A DNA stretch of 63,612 nucleotides, the filler included, from Olpidium bornovanus S191 (taxonomy: Eukaryota > Fungi > Olpidiomycota), in the NCBI GenBank assembly GCA_017911155.1. It is 26 parts of 26 records of this genome, joined end to end, with 100 filler letters (N's around TTAATTAATTAA, not from the genome) between each part and the next. Parts side by side here need not be neighbours in the genome. Positions count along the whole stretch, not along the records: positions 8,658 to 12,058 come from JAEFCI010003015.1; positions 12,159 to 14,168 come from JAEFCI010005766.1; positions 14,269 to 15,796 come from JAEFCI010004936.1; positions 15,897 to 17,431 come from JAEFCI010008859.1; positions 17,532 to 21,985 come from JAEFCI010002908.1; positions 22,086 to 25,188 come from JAEFCI010001615.1; 20 more parts are not named here. One strand, written 5' to 3'. Position 1 is the first letter of the stretch. The number at the start of each line of letters is the position of its first letter. The notes under the pieces were generated by a model. It searched no databases. It saw only the letters and a list, made by a program, of their open reading frames with translations, and was not told the DNA's origin. The position numbers were made by a program, and so were the translations under genes. Shown here piece after piece: positions 11,393-24,800 of this stretch.

Positions 11393-12058
11393 CGTCGAAA
11401 AGCTGAGGGCAGGAGCTGGCTTGGAAAGTACTTACAAGCCTCACTTAAAATTAATTGATTAGGAGTTATTACGCCCAGCGCTGTGCTCTTCTCTTTCTCT
11501 CCCCTCACAAACTCTCATACACAATAAAAGAACGCGGACTTCTTTTGACTGGTTATGAGCCCACACGGACTCTGACGGCCGACCCCCGCCGCCGCTGCGA
11601 GGAATTACCGCCTCCGCCGCCGCCGAGCCGTCCGTGACGCGTGAGGATTCACCGCCTCCCGCCGTCATCCCGGAGAGCTCACAGCTCCGCCGTCATCCCG
11701 AAGAGGACTCACCGCGCCTCCGCCATCGACCGCGCTCGCCACCGAACGATCTGCGCCGTTGCAGAACTAAAGAAATCAAACCTTAAAGCAAGACTCCTTT
11801 AGCCCCCGTCATCCTTTGCGAAGGACACGGGGCCACCGGCAAATGCTGTCCTGTGCCAAAGAGTGAACACGTGCTAAATACAAAGTTACGGCATTTAGTC
11901 GTTCACTATATTCTCGTACTTGCTCGTTCTCCACCACCATGCCACTCGGACGTTCGCCTCCTCCCCTCAGTCGAGAGGGAGAACCCGAAAACGAACACCT
12001 CCAGCAGCAGATTCAGGAGAAAGCACGTGCCAGCGGCACGTGCGTACTCACCACCGAC
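11393..12058 (+). mobile_element. Ty1/copia 5' LTR (~158 bp, degenerate ends), PBS, leader and possible gag start
   Basis: GGTTATGAGCCC at 11551-11562 is complementary to the tRNA-iMet anticodon stem-loop. Termini are CGTCGAAAAG...CTTTTGACT, with AATAAA at 11523. An ORF starts at CCACCATG (about 11939; MPLGRSPPP...). Confidence 0.65.
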
Positions 12059-12181
12059 NNNNNNNNNNNNNNNNNNNNNNNNNNNNNNNNNNNNNNNNNN
12101 NNTTAATTAATTAANNNNNNNNNNNNNNNNNNNNNNNNNNNNNNNNNNNNNNNNNNNNAGGGGGCCCGAAAAAAAAAAAAA

Positions 12182-12224
<43 letters not shown>

Positions 12225-12948
12225 AAAAGAAAGAAAGAAAAAAAAAGGCCGTTGTTCATGGGCCTCCGTCGACTTCCCGGGGGCCATCCCTGTCAAGAAG
12301 TAGTTCTGCGGTTGACCGCTGACTGGGCCTTCAAACTTCCTCCCTTTGAGGCTCGGAATGGGTTTTCAAACCCCGCGTCCGGCGATCTCGCCGGCGACCC
12401 ATGTCTTGTTTGTGGTTTTCTCCCGACAGCGGTGCGCGCACCCGCCCCCGTTTCCAACGTGCAAAAGTTCATACCAGGCAACCGGGAACTCGTGGTGCTC
12501 CTTCCCGAAGCTGAAGCTGTGCGTTGGCAGATATGGCAAGGTCGCACCGCAAGAGCGTGGCACAGAGATTCTGGCATGTGGTGTGTGGCATCGGTGGCTG
12601 TTGAGGAGAACAAAGGGGGGAGAACGCGAGGGACGAAAGTGGGGTGGGGATGGAGGCCGGGTGGCGTGTGTGCAATTTATCTCCTGCGAGCGCCACCAGC
12701 GGCGTTCGGAAAGTTACGGTCGTCCTGGGGGACTCGTGGGCGTCGGTAACGACCAGTGCAAGGTGCCCTTTACTCCCGGTACGACACCCCAAAGTTTCTA
12801 TTAGAGCCAATGTTTGACACGTTCTAATATGCATTCCGTGCAATACAAATACAATACAATAAAGATACAAACAGGTGAACGAAAACAAGAAGAGAGGAGG
12901 GTCTAAGGGCGGATATGGTGGCGCGAGGGGTCCGGCGGAGCGCGAAAC

Positions 12949-14168
12949 TTACGCGCACGGTGCGCAGCAGCCGAAGTGGAAAGAGTGGCTTTCTAAGCAC
13001 CGCGCGCTCAAGATCCTCGTCATCCGCTTCTGGGCGTCCACGCTGCCGGCGCTCCCGGCCGCCTGGTAAAACCTGACCGCCTCCTCCAGGTCCGCCTCGC
13101 AACCGACGCCCTCCTCGAGGCATCTCGCGAGGCGGAACATGGCGTCGACGTGGCCGTGGCGCTCGGCCGCCCGCCGGTACCACTGCACGGCGAGGACGGC
13201 GTTCTTTTCGACGCCCTGCGCGAACTCGTAGCAGACGCCGAGCTTGTACTGGGCCCGGGCGTGGTTCTGGAGGGCGGCTTTCGCGTACCACTCGGCCGCC
13301 GTCCGCGGCGACCGCGGCAGGCCGAGGCCGTGCGCGTAGCAGTAGCCGACGTTGCACTGGGCCCACGGGTTGCCCAGCTTCGCCGACTCGAGGTACCAGT
13401 GCGCGGCCAGCTGCAGGTTTTTTTCCAGGCCGACGCCCTGCTCGTAGCAAAAGCCGAGAGTGTTCTGCGCGAGGGGGTTGTGCTGCTCGGCGGCGAGCCT
13501 GAAGTACGTCGCGGCCAGTTCGTCAGACGCGGGGACCCCGGTTCCGTTCCGGTAGCAGTACCCGAGGCTGAGCTGCGCGGGCGCGTGGCCGGCGTCGGCG
13601 GCCTTCCTGTACCACGACACCGCCAGTTCGTGGTTTACCGGGACGCCGATCCCGTTCTGGAAACAGTAGCCTAGGGAGTGGAACGCAAAGATGTTGTCCT
13701 GAGCGGCGCTCGCCGCGTACCAATATACAGCCTGGTGCGTGTCCTGCGGGACGCCAATGCCGTCCTGGTAGCAGAACCCCAGGTTGTGCTGCGCGCGCGC
13801 GTGGCCCTGCAAGGCCGCCTTGGCGTACCACATGGCCCCGATGACCGGATCCTTCTCGACGCCGATGCCGTTCTGGTAGCAGTAGCCTATGTTACACTGG
13901 GCGCACGGATATCCTTGCTCCGCCGACATGGTATACCAACCGGCCGCCGCGACCTTGTCCTTTTCGACGGCGATGCCCTCCTCGAAGCAGTACCCCAGCG
14001 AGTTCTGGGCAAACGCGTTCCCCAGCTCTGCGGCTGCACGGTACCACTTGACGGCCTCCTGAGGGTTCTTCTCGACGCCAATCCCGTCTTCGTAACAATA
14101 ACCGACGTTGAACATGGCACTCGACTCGTTGTGCAAAGCAGCGCGCCGGTACCACTCGAGCGCCATGG
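12949..14168 (-). CDS. Sel1-like repeat (SLR) protein, 5'-partial
   Basis: About 10 consecutive 36-aa repeats of the form AQxxLGxCYxxGxGVxKDxxxAxxWYxxAAxQG; no introns in the visible part. Confidence 0.95.
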
Positions 14169-14268
14169 NNNNNNNNNNNNNNNNNNNNNNNNNNNNNNNN
14201 NNNNNNNNNNNNTTAATTAATTAANNNNNNNNNNNNNNNNNNNNNNNNNNNNNNNNNNNNNNNNNNNN

Positions 14269-15334
14269 CATGACCTTTCGTGACCCCGATAACGTCCATC
14301 ATCTCATCACTCTCGAAAACGGACCCAACGTCGACCGCCTTCTCAAAGTGCGCGCGCGCCCAATCAACCTTCTGGGCGACCGTGCCGCCGTTGACCTGAA
14401 TCTCCATCAAGTGGGCCTTCTTCTGGCCAATCTTGACCTTCCGAATCTGAGTGTGCGCAAGCACGCGGACGACGGAGCAGTACTTCTTGATACGCTCGAG
14501 CTCACGAACGATAGGCTTGCCGCCGTCGGCATGCTTCTTGGCGGCCTTGGTAAAGGCCTTCTTCTTCGAGCGGTACCAGTTCCTGTAGAACCGGCGCTTC
14601 ACGTCGTCGCTCAGGTGCTCCGCCCACACGGTCGTCAGCGAGCGCAGACCACGCGGGGTTTCGACGTAGCCGACAACGCCGACGATGACCATGGGCGGTG
14701 CCTCGATGACAGTCACAGCCTCGACGATCTCCTTCTTGTGCATCTCTGATAAGCGGGACGCGCAACAGCTCCGTTTGAGCATCCCAAACGTCCCAAAACA
14801 TGCACGCGCCCCGTTTCGGCGGACCCGAAGGAAAGCGGCGTTCGGGCGGCAGGTCCCCATAGTTGCAAGCGTGCGTCATACTCACTGGAGCCCGGACGGT
14901 CAAGGTCGCGCACAACGTGGGTCATTCCGGCCTTGTAGCCAATGAAGGCGGTCAGGTGGACCGGCTTGGTGGGGTCATCCCTGGGGAACGACTTGACCTT
15001 TCCACGGTGACGGGCCGCACGCTTGCGCGGGAGGAACCCGAGGGACCCGTACCGAGGAGCTTCGAACTTGCGGTGGGACTGTCGCCGACGAACGGAATGC
15101 GTTAAGGACGGGCGCGCGGCGAACAAAAGGCGTCTTTCGGACGAAAACAAGCGGGAACAACGGCGCCGACGGACACGACGCTCGAAGCAACCGGAACGTT
15201 CCGGCGCGCGGGGCCGGAGGGGGGGGGGGGCTCCCCGGGCGCAAGGAGCGCGGGACTTTTTGGCGTCGGACGGCGGCAGGATGGACGAGCAGACGGGATG
15301 GGTGGTCGGCGTCCGAGCCGGAAGCACGCACCAT
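14269..15334 (-). CDS. RPL3: 60S ribosomal protein L3 (uL3), 3'-partial. Exons: ATG 15334-15332, 15078-14886, 14745-14269
   Basis: M|[20 protein letters not shown]...[18 protein letters not shown]|[15 protein letters not shown]...IGVTKGH, with GT-AG introns. Confidence 0.98.
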
Positions 15335-17888
15335 GGCTGGGTCGGAGTGTGTCCAGGAGGGAGGGAGGGAGGGGGGGGGGTTTTCGGAGGAAGGGCGAGG
15401 GGGGGCGCGGGGAGGAAGGGGAGGCGGGGGCGAAGGGGGCGCGAGAGGGGCCGCCCCGGTTTCCCCTCGCGACCGCACCGCAGCCCAACAACACGCAGGT
15501 GGGGGCGGATTCAGGGGCTTCAGAGGCACACTTCCCGCGCTGTCGTGGCGTCACTTCAAAAATACTGTATCGAATTGCTTCGCTGACCGCGGTGGCCGCG
15601 GGCGCACCGCGCGCGCACGCTTCAGGCGGGGGTACGCACAAGGAAAAGGCAACAGGGCAACGGAAAGGTCCTTGCCCGAGCATTCCTCGGCGAGGGGTCA
15701 CTCCGCTCCTTCTCCACATTTCTTCAGCACCGTTTCTGTGCCGGGTCATCCCACCGCTTGGGGTCCCTCTGCATTGCAATGCGGGTTGTTCTCATGNNNN
15801 NNNNNNNNNNNNNNNNNNNNNNNNNNNNNNNNNNNNNNNNTTAATTAATTAANNNNNNNNNNNNNNNNNNNNNNNNNNNNNNNNNNNNNNNNNNNNCATG
15901 TATATCCCGGCTTCATTCCTCGACCGTCGCGGCGGTTCCACCACTTTCAAGTTTCATTCCAATTTTTCGTTTTAGATATTCCCATTAACTTTCCCCGTGT
16001 TTGGTTTTGTTTTTTCCCGCTTGTATCCACAGAGGCGGTTCATCATCCCGGTCTGTGGTCGGACAGGAGTTTGGCGTGGGCCCCAGGTTCGGCCTCCGCA
16101 GAATTCGTCCCGTACCCCGCTGTTGACTGTTGCTGGCTTCGCGTCTCATGTCTTTTTATTTCTCCGCATGAACGTAACGCCACATTGACGTAACTGGTCC
16201 TGCTGTGGCGGCTGTCCCACCCGTTGTTGGGCAGCCGTCGGCGTCAGAGATTGGAAAGCCGACCGGAATAACGGAGAACGAGAGAATCAGGCGCACGCGG
16301 GAGTCCGCCGTCGCACAATGGGGGGGAGGGCCAAGTTCGTGTGAAACGAGCAGAAGGGAAAGGACACGAGAATATTTCGAAGGGACGCGAAATCTACCGG
16401 GCCGCCAGAAAGGCAAGCTCGGCGATTTGCCTTTCCCTCACTTTCCCTCACCATCAGAAGCCCGTCCGAAAGCAGCGCGGGCCACTCGCGCGCGCGAAAA
16501 AATCCGGGGGGAAATAACCGGTAGCAATACCGGGTGTCCCTAAAAGTATGGGTACGAGGAGGTGGTGGTGAAGCAGGACTCCTATACTTCGGGTGTCCCT
16601 AAAAGTACGGCTGTTCGAACGTGGTGGTCAGTCAGATGACGAACAGGAGACGAACCGTGCCGGCGCGCCCGGCCGGGCGAACGCGTGTGCAGCGGCGCGT
16701 CCGCGCGACCCCTGCCACGAGTCGAGAAAGGGAGGGGACCTGCAGGTCTCCAGCTGGAGACGGATGAGTCTTGACGAGTCGATGCGTTTTGAACCCGTCT
16801 GCGGCGACCGTCTTCGATCGGAGACCTTTCGCGTTTCATCCTCGGCGCCAGCCCGTTTATCCGGCGACCCGACCTCGCTTCGATGTTGCTCACCTCGGCG
16901 CCGATTTTTTATTTCGCGGGAACACCCTCGGAAGAGTTTGTCCGTCCCTCCGAGAGATGGCGGAGTCATCCTGGTGTCGGACCCGAACAGCTCGCGATGT
17001 TCGGCGGCGATCAGGTCCCGCGAGGTCGTCGGACGACAGGATGCAGACCGGACGCCTGGGGCACCCCCGCACAAATATCAGGTCACCCCGCGCTGATGAC
17101 AGGATGCCGACCGAGAACGCGAACACCCCCGCACAAATGTCCTGACGTCTTCCGGCCGAACACCAACGTACTCTACGTGGGATGCCATGGTGCTCCTGCG
17201 ATGTGTTAGATATATTTTCGGAGTACGTATCGCCCTTCTTGATTTTCTTTATGATTTTCTTTATCCCACGAGGCGCGCCACCAAAATAAACAAGCCCGGT
17301 GCACGCCCTCATCTCTTCCCCCACTTCTTCCCCCCTCTTATCGCCCCTTTTCCGTTCTCTCTCTCTCTCTCGTTCGCGCGTTTTCCTCGTCACCACAACA
17401 TCAAGGTCTGGGCCTCGTCCGTCCTTCGAGCNNNNNNNNNNNNNNNNNNNNNNNNNNNNNNNNNNNNNNNNNNNNTTAATTAATTAANNNNNNNNNNNNN
17501 NNNNNNNNNNNNNNNNNNNNNNNNNNNNNNNCAGTGTGATTCCCGTTCGCGCGGTTGTTTCCCTCCGAGCTTTGAGCTCCCGGGAAAACTGCCTGAGGCC
17601 AGCGGCGTTCTGAGGATTACTTCGCGCCAGTCGGCGACTGCTGTTGCCATGGTTGCCGACCAAGTCCGAAAGAATTCTGTCATCGGTTGCCAGGTGCCGT
17701 TTCCTGATGGCGGGAACTTCGCCGCGTTGGATGCCGGCCGCCAGCCCGCCCGATTTCAGAAAAATGACCGGCTCGGTCATTTGCTGCCGCGGAAAAGGCG
17801 GACTTCAATGCGCCAGAGACGAAGCGTCTTTCGTTCCTGACAGAGCCCCGTTCGCCATTCTCGCTGAATCGCACTTTTCCCCGAAGCA

Positions 17889-20800
17889 ATGAAGGGTTCG
17901 GCCTCCACCGTCTGGCCGGAGGGCGGCATGTCCCAGCTTTTGTCCCGCCTCTCGAACAGTTACGTGCCTCATTACCAAGAAGAGGCGGTCCGCACGGTGC
18001 TCACGTCCAAACCTTCAAAAGGTGGAGGGCGGAGGGGGAAGGGGGGAATTGGGTGGGGGGGGGGGATTAGACATCGACGGCGCGTCGTTGGCGTCGATGT
18101 TGCTGCTCGGGCAGTTAACAGGTTCTCCGACCGCCTTCACAAGGATGGAAGTTTGTCGCAAGCGCCCAGGACGTGTTGCGCCTTTCCACTATTCTGCGAC
18201 TCCAGGAGGTTCGGCTTGCCGGGCTTCGAGCCACACAATGGATCGCAAACAGCGGTAAACCTGTGCGGATACGTCGAAAATAGCCCGCTATCCGCAGCCT
18301 TACCTTTCATTCTTGCCGGCCCCAATTGCGTCAACCCGGCTCGTCCCAATGAAGAGGACAACTGCCAGCTTTTGCTAAACAAAGGCGTCATCGACCTTCT
18401 CATCGAGTACCTCACGTTCAGCGACAGAGAGCTGCAACGAGAAGCCGTTGGTGCGCTCCGGCGTTTCATCAAAACCCACAGTACGGTTCTCCGCCATTTG
18501 ATGGGATTGTTTGGGCATCGTCGCCGGGCTGGGTGTGAGCGGGACTCAGCACTAACGCGTTTCAACGACCCAGGTCGGTTTGCCGAGTACATTGCGCACT
18601 CCGACAGCGCACTTGCTGCGATGGCCCGAGCTGTTCAGAAGAGCGACATTCACTTCCAGGTGATCGCAATAGAGATTATGCACGTCTTGGCGAGGAATCG
18701 TGAGTGCCTTCCCCGGGTGGGGGAAGGGGGGGGGGGTCGTGAAATTCGGTGCTACATCCGGGCGGCGACGCTTGCCCGATTGGTAGCATTCCGCAAACGC
18801 CGTCCACGGGCCACTTCGAACGACGCAGCCGAGTCCAGGCACCAGCTAGCGCGGTCCGGCGGCATCCGCTCGGCGCACACGTTCATTAGTGGCCTTTCAA
18901 AGCAGCTTTCGGAAGCGACTTCGGCCGGTAGTCGGCGGATGGTATATGAGATGCTGGAGACAGGTGGCGCTCTGGCTAAAAACCTGACTGCTCACTTCGG
19001 TGCGAATCCTCTTAAACTCGAGCCGGTCGCCCGCGAGCCAAGGACCCGGTCCTAATACCACGAAGGCCCGGTTGGCATTCCATCTAACAGAAGAGCTGAA
19101 GCTGGAAATGCTGCAAACAGGAATTTTAACCGACCTTGTAAACATTCTAGTCCTCACTGGCCGCCGGCCGCCGTTTCCACCGAAGTCGATAGAATCGGCG
19201 GCTGTGCACGAGCTGCTGTGTGCTCTTACGAACCTCATCATAGACGGTAAGGGTGCGACCTTGTTGATGTTCCAGTAGGACCCGTTTGAACTTGGGAAAG
19301 GAGATTTTGAAAAAGATCATGCTGCGGCATCTAAACCGAGGCACACCGCTCGGCCGGTTCTGCCTGTCCCTCGAAGTTCCCGCCGTGCGGGAGTCTTTCC
19401 AAATGATCGTCGCAGGCGTACGGCCTTTTATTGGAGCGGAACAGGCGGACAAAATCCGTGAGCCCGCCCTCGCCACACTACAGAACGCAGTGTACAGGAT
19501 CGGCCGCGCCGCGCAGGAATTGGTGCTCAGCGAGATCGGCACGGAAGTCTTCTTGGACTGCTTGAGACCCCTTCTGTCGCCGGTGGACGGAAGCGCGAAC
19601 GCGGAAGAGGTTGTTGAAAGGTGATGCGGAGGCGTGGGGGGGGGTTTCTTCATCTTCCGAGACTGCTAGCTCACCCGGCTCGTTTTCGGTTGATGAGGAA
19701 AGCCCAGGGCGCAATTTGATCCGAGAGCGAGCCGCGACGATCATCCGGAACCTCGCGAGTGTCTGCGAAGGACCGGCCGCCGATGAGCTTGCCGCCAAAG
19801 CCGCGCCCGTGCTTGCCGCCGTCTTAAGCGAATCCGCCAGTCCTATCACGAGGCAACTTGTCTGCGCCGTGTGCAATTTCGCTTTCCAAGGTCCGTGACA
19901 TCCGCCGGGAAGGGGCGAGGCGGGGGAAGCAGAGCTCCGTTAGACGTGTTTCTCGGGAGTTGGTAAAGTTCCCGCTTTCCAAAAACAGACGTCAACGCCC
20001 CGCTTCTCGTTGAGGTCCACCAGGTCCTCCCGCTACTGACGTCATTATGGCCTTCCCTGACGTTGACGGACCTGGCTGACCTCCTCGGTGCCTTGCGCAA
20101 CCTGGCTTGCAACGAGCTCGCCTGCGAGCGAATCCACCACCTCGTCGGACCGAGGGTCGTCGAAGCGCTACTCGAGGCGACCGTGTGCCGCAGCGTAGCT
20201 CCGTTGGACGTGAGCGACCTCGACAACCCGGACGGCGTGAAGTGCAGGCAACCGCGCGCGCAGGCGGCGGTGCCCGTGCCGCTTCATGCCACTGAACACC
20301 GCATTGTCCAAACACCGTTGGCTGAAGCCACAAAGGGACTTAACACGATCGCAACGTCGTCACCGAGTGAAGAGGATCGCGCGGCGGCTTCCGTTGCGAG
20401 AAGCCGCAGAAACGCCGTCGTTCAATTAAAGGACGCCGCGAGCAGGTCGGAGGGCGACGCTGTCGCGAACCAAACGGCAGGGTCTGACAAGATCATTACT
20501 TCGTTACTAAGCGAAGAGGATCGCGCAACGTCTTTAGCTCTGAGAAGCCGCAGAAACGCCGTTGTGCAAATAAAGGAGAGCGTCAGCGGTACCGAGGGCG
20601 ACGCTGGTATAAGCCGAACAGCTTTAGACGACCTCAGGGGAAAGAGCGAGGCGAACAATGCCATGTCCGTTGCCAAGGGGAACCGGCATGCTCTGGAAAA
20701 AGATGCAAACCATACGGCGGAGGCTGTGCGCAGGCGGAGAAGCGTAACTATCATGGAAAAGAAACACTCGGATGCGAAAGAGGATGCATCGGAACACTCG

Positions 20801-21839
20801 GACACACCGGTGCACGCTCGTCAAAAGAGCTCTATTGTCACGCCGTGGGAAAGGCAGGCCAGAAATTACGAGGAGCCGCCGCATCCCGTGCGGAAAGTGG
20901 ACGTCTCAGACATGGCCCGACTCGATGCAGTTTATGACGACGTCGGCAGGGAAGCACTTAGTTTGCTCCGAAACATGGTCGTCTTTAGGTGAGGCAAAGA
21001 AAGGGATTGCCTCCTTTTGGGACAAGCCGTGGTGTTGGCAGTTTCATAGGCAACAACGCAAACATGTCGTAAACCACTAAATGACATTTTTCTCATACTG
21101 TGATTTCGCCCTGCAGTAACTGCTGCTGCGACAGCCTGACGCATTTTCCTGGTTTCGTAACCGAGATCCTTGCGCGTGTGGCCGGCCCCGACGAAATTAC
21201 GCAGTTCTACGCCGTCGAAATCGTGAGCAGGCTGGTGCACCGGAACAACGGTAAGCCTCCCTGGAGACGCCTCAGGACGAGAGTTGCCGTGACGTGGTCC
21301 CGACAGACTGATCAATGTTTGCTTCCCTACTGCTTGCAGACGATGTTCAAATGGCGCTCCTAATGGAGGACGCAATGGGTTCCCTTCTGTTGCCGATAGC
21401 GAAAAACAGCATTTCGAGCGCGCTGGCCGCCGCAGCTTTTGAGGAGCTACAGAAGCACGGTAGCTGTCGCGATTCGATCGCGTAGTCTTTGATTTTACGG
21501 ATCGGCTTCACTGAGTGCTCTCCGTCCCGATCAGAATTCCGCCTTAGATTCGGGCGCCAGGACCTGTGGGACCGCCTTCGGCAGAAATGGAAAGCCTTGG
21601 ACTCTGCGGCCCGCAAGCTGAAAAAAACCGAGAAAGCTTTGCGCGACGTGGCAGAAGCAAAGGGGGTCCGCGGAAAAACGAAAAGGCCACGGGCAACGAA
21701 GGCCAGGTTAAATCCTTGGAAAAAGTTTGGTTATTTGCGAACTCACGCCGCGCACGTCTCCACCGCTGGTAAATCCAAAGCGGTGACAGGTGCCAGGGTC
21801 GTGACGAGTGGATGGTTTTTCCATACGAGAAAGTTTTAG
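17889..21839 (+). CDS. Large multi-exon armadillo-repeat protein; exact exon bounds uncertain
   Basis: ARM-type helices: LLLNKGVIDLLIEYLTFSDRELQREAVGALRRF; LKLEMLQTGILTDLVNIL; LIRERAATIIRNLAS; ADLLGALRNLACNE; VGREALSLLRNMVVF. Separated by GT-AG introns. Confidence 0.72.
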
Positions 21840-24800
21840 GAAGCAACGAATCTTTTGTCAGCCACATGGGACGGATTCCCCGGTCCGACACTATTCCCGA
21901 AGACTTTGGCTGCCCGATTGCTGCCGGGTCAAGCTAACGGCTGAGTGAAGAAGCGAACCAACAGTTTATCTTATGTCCGTCCACANNNNNNNNNNNNNNN
22001 NNNNNNNNNNNNNNNNNNNNNNNNNNNNNTTAATTAATTAANNNNNNNNNNNNNNNNNNNNNNNNNNNNNNNNNNNNNNNNNNNNAGCAGATGCCCTGTC
22101 CTGACTTTCTTTATCGTCCCCTCGTCAGTGTGCGCTCTAAACCTGGGGTTGATGCTGCCGCCCTCGTCCCATTTGCCAAGTCGCCTATCGCGGGGAAAAA
22201 GTCATGAATCCGGCAATTCGGGCTCCGCTGGGACGGAATACTGGAGCAATATGCGAAATTTGCATGCTGATCAAGCTCCCCGTGTCTGCCGGGATGAATG
22301 CGATCAAGCGTCGGATCCTGCCATTTGAACCAGTTTTTATTTTATTTTATTTTTTTTTATAAAAAGGAGGGGTATCATAGGTGTGTGTGTGGTTGTGAGA
22401 AAGAGGGGGTGGAGGAAAAGGGTTACGGGATTTTTGATTTCAACGGCACAACGCGTTTATTTTTTTTCGTCGACGCCCGCCCGGCTGAAAACCGGGGCTG
22501 GTCCGGAGGTTCCCCCCCTTGGGCGCATCGGGTTTTTACAAGCGGGAGCGCCGTTATCTCGTCCCGTCCTGCCCTCCGCACATCTCGTCCTCCGCATCAC
22601 ATCACACCGCCCCACACACACACACACACGCACATCCTCCGCCGGGCGATTCGCGTGAGGCGGCCGACGGGAGTCGGCTCCGGCCGCCCGTTTCACGAAG
22701 GAAGAGCGGGAAATCGCTTTCGGAGGGGCCTCGCGTCCTGATCACGACGATCTTGCGACAGGTTACGTACCACCCCCCCTCACGGGAAAAACGTCTGCTC
22801 CGTAATGGTCCGCGGTGCCGAAAGTTTTTCCGTGGGGAGGGGGGGAGGGGCTTCTCCGTCTTCAGCCCCGTTTCCGCACGCGCTCTTCAAGCGAGAACGG
22901 GAAAGCAGACCATCCCGCCCGCTCCCCCCGCGGGGGAGAATCCGCGCGGTCGTCCCGCGTTGGCCGACTCGTTATCGGCGAAAGCCCAAAAAGAAAAAGG
23001 AAAAACTAAAAATAAAAGCTGGCAAGCGCGTGGCCAAATTCAGCAGACCAGAACATACCAAGCAGGCACTGCGCACGCTCGCTCGTCTTGTCGCATGTGC
23101 TGCACGCTTCGCCGAAGTCTTCGATGAATGATCAAACGACAAGGAGAAGTGGCTGAATGCGGAGATCCTGAAGCAGAGAAGGGGAAGACAGAGGGGGGGA
23201 GGGCGGGGGATCAATGTTATCGATCTGTCGTTCGCTTTGGCAACACAGGAGGCGGATGCAGTACGGGGGAAGAGGGGAGCGGGATTAGGGGAATTCAATC
23301 ATTTATTGTTCCATTATATATGGCTGATGGACGGTCAATAAAATAAAGAACGTATGGCAAAGGGATGGGCGAAGTCTGGACCGAGGATGCACGATGTTTG
23401 CCTCGGTTTTACAGGTGTAAATAACGACGTTTCTAAGAATTCCTCGTGAAACCTCGGCTTTCCGCGGCTTTGAAAAGTTAAAGGATGTTTTAGTACGGCT
23501 CACCATGCTATAGTATAATATAGTATACAATTTCGTGAATCCCCGTGCATCCGATGATGCACTTGTCCCTGGGCTCGTGGTGTATGGGATACCTTTCTGA
23601 GCTTCTTGTCGGTTTGTGTGCGGTCCGGCTTCGCCGCGTTCTCCTGACGCTGATACAGCGACCCACAGCGTCGCTCTTCGGTTGGAGATTTGCAGGCCAT
23701 GTGACCCGAAAGGTGGCATTCATCCAACGCTGCTCTCCACCCCTCCTCGTCCGTCTCCGTCTCCGCTCCGTCCGTGTCCTCCAAACTGGGTCGCCTCTGC
23801 TGCCGTGTTTACCGGCTGAGGCAGTCGACGGAATTGCCAGATTGCGCTCCGGCGTGTCTTCGCGAAGAGCGAGGTCTTCTGCTAACGTGACATCTTGCTC
23901 ACCCAAGTTGTCATACTGGTGGTGCCGCGTGCCCTCGGACATTACACTGTAAAGGCCTTTCCGAGCCCGTTGGGACCCTGTGTCGCACCGCTGTGGAGCG
24001 GCTTGTGCCGCTCGGACCCTCGCAGTGTTTTGCCCGAACTTCCACACGCCGGAATTTTATCGTTGGACTTTGGAATTGCAATCCTGTGCGCTGTCCTCAG
24101 CACACTCCTGTTCCAGCGCGCGGCGCGTCGATGAAAACAGCACGGGCAACTTGTTGCCGGGTGCACAGCAACAAGTGCACCACAAAAAAATGCTTTGATG
24201 GCGTGCGCCGTCGGCGCCAGATTGCCCATCTTTCGCGCGCTTGAGTGCGGCCGCATCCTGCGGAGGTGCAATCGATTCGCCGCTGTGGAGGGCTTCGATT
24301 TAGCTACTTTTCGTTTTTGCTTGCACCTTGCAGTTTTGTTTTACTTTCGAGGAATCGCTATAAAAAGCCTTGCCGCCCCACCGATCGATCATCGCCGATT
24401 CCCCCATCACCTTCTCCTCCTCGTCGTCGTCCTTGTCGAAAGTAACAAAAACCCGAAGGTTTTCGGCGCGACTCTCGGTCCAGCGCGCGAAGACTCCGGC
24501 CTGCCATTCGTTTTTCCCGCTCATTGTCGTCGCGCCCCCCCCCCCCCCGCTGTCTCATTGTCTCTGTCGCCATGCCCGCCGCGACTGAAACGCCGAGGAG
24601 ACTGCCGGGCGATCAATCGAGCGCGGTTTCGAATGACTTTGACGCCCCCTCCGCTCGATTGATCACCCGGAGTTCTCGGCGGACCCGCTTCACCGCCGTC
24701 CGGCCTTTCTCCCCGGCGGCCTCCGATCATCAAGGTGAATTGATTGGCTCCAAAGCGGGACAGTAAAGCAAAAGTGAGGGGAGCGCCGGAGCGCGAAATG

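Noticed and set aside
12949-14168. Intronless Sel1 gene as bacterial contamination or recent HGT
   Set aside because: Sel1-repeat proteins are common in early-diverging fungi, and the contig carries this genome's typical poly(A) tracts.
14746-15331. Intronic snoRNAs in RPL3, and tRNA genes at GTTCGA motifs elsewhere
   Set aside because: No C/D box pair or cloverleaf could be built by eye; Infernal or tRNAscan-SE would be decisive.
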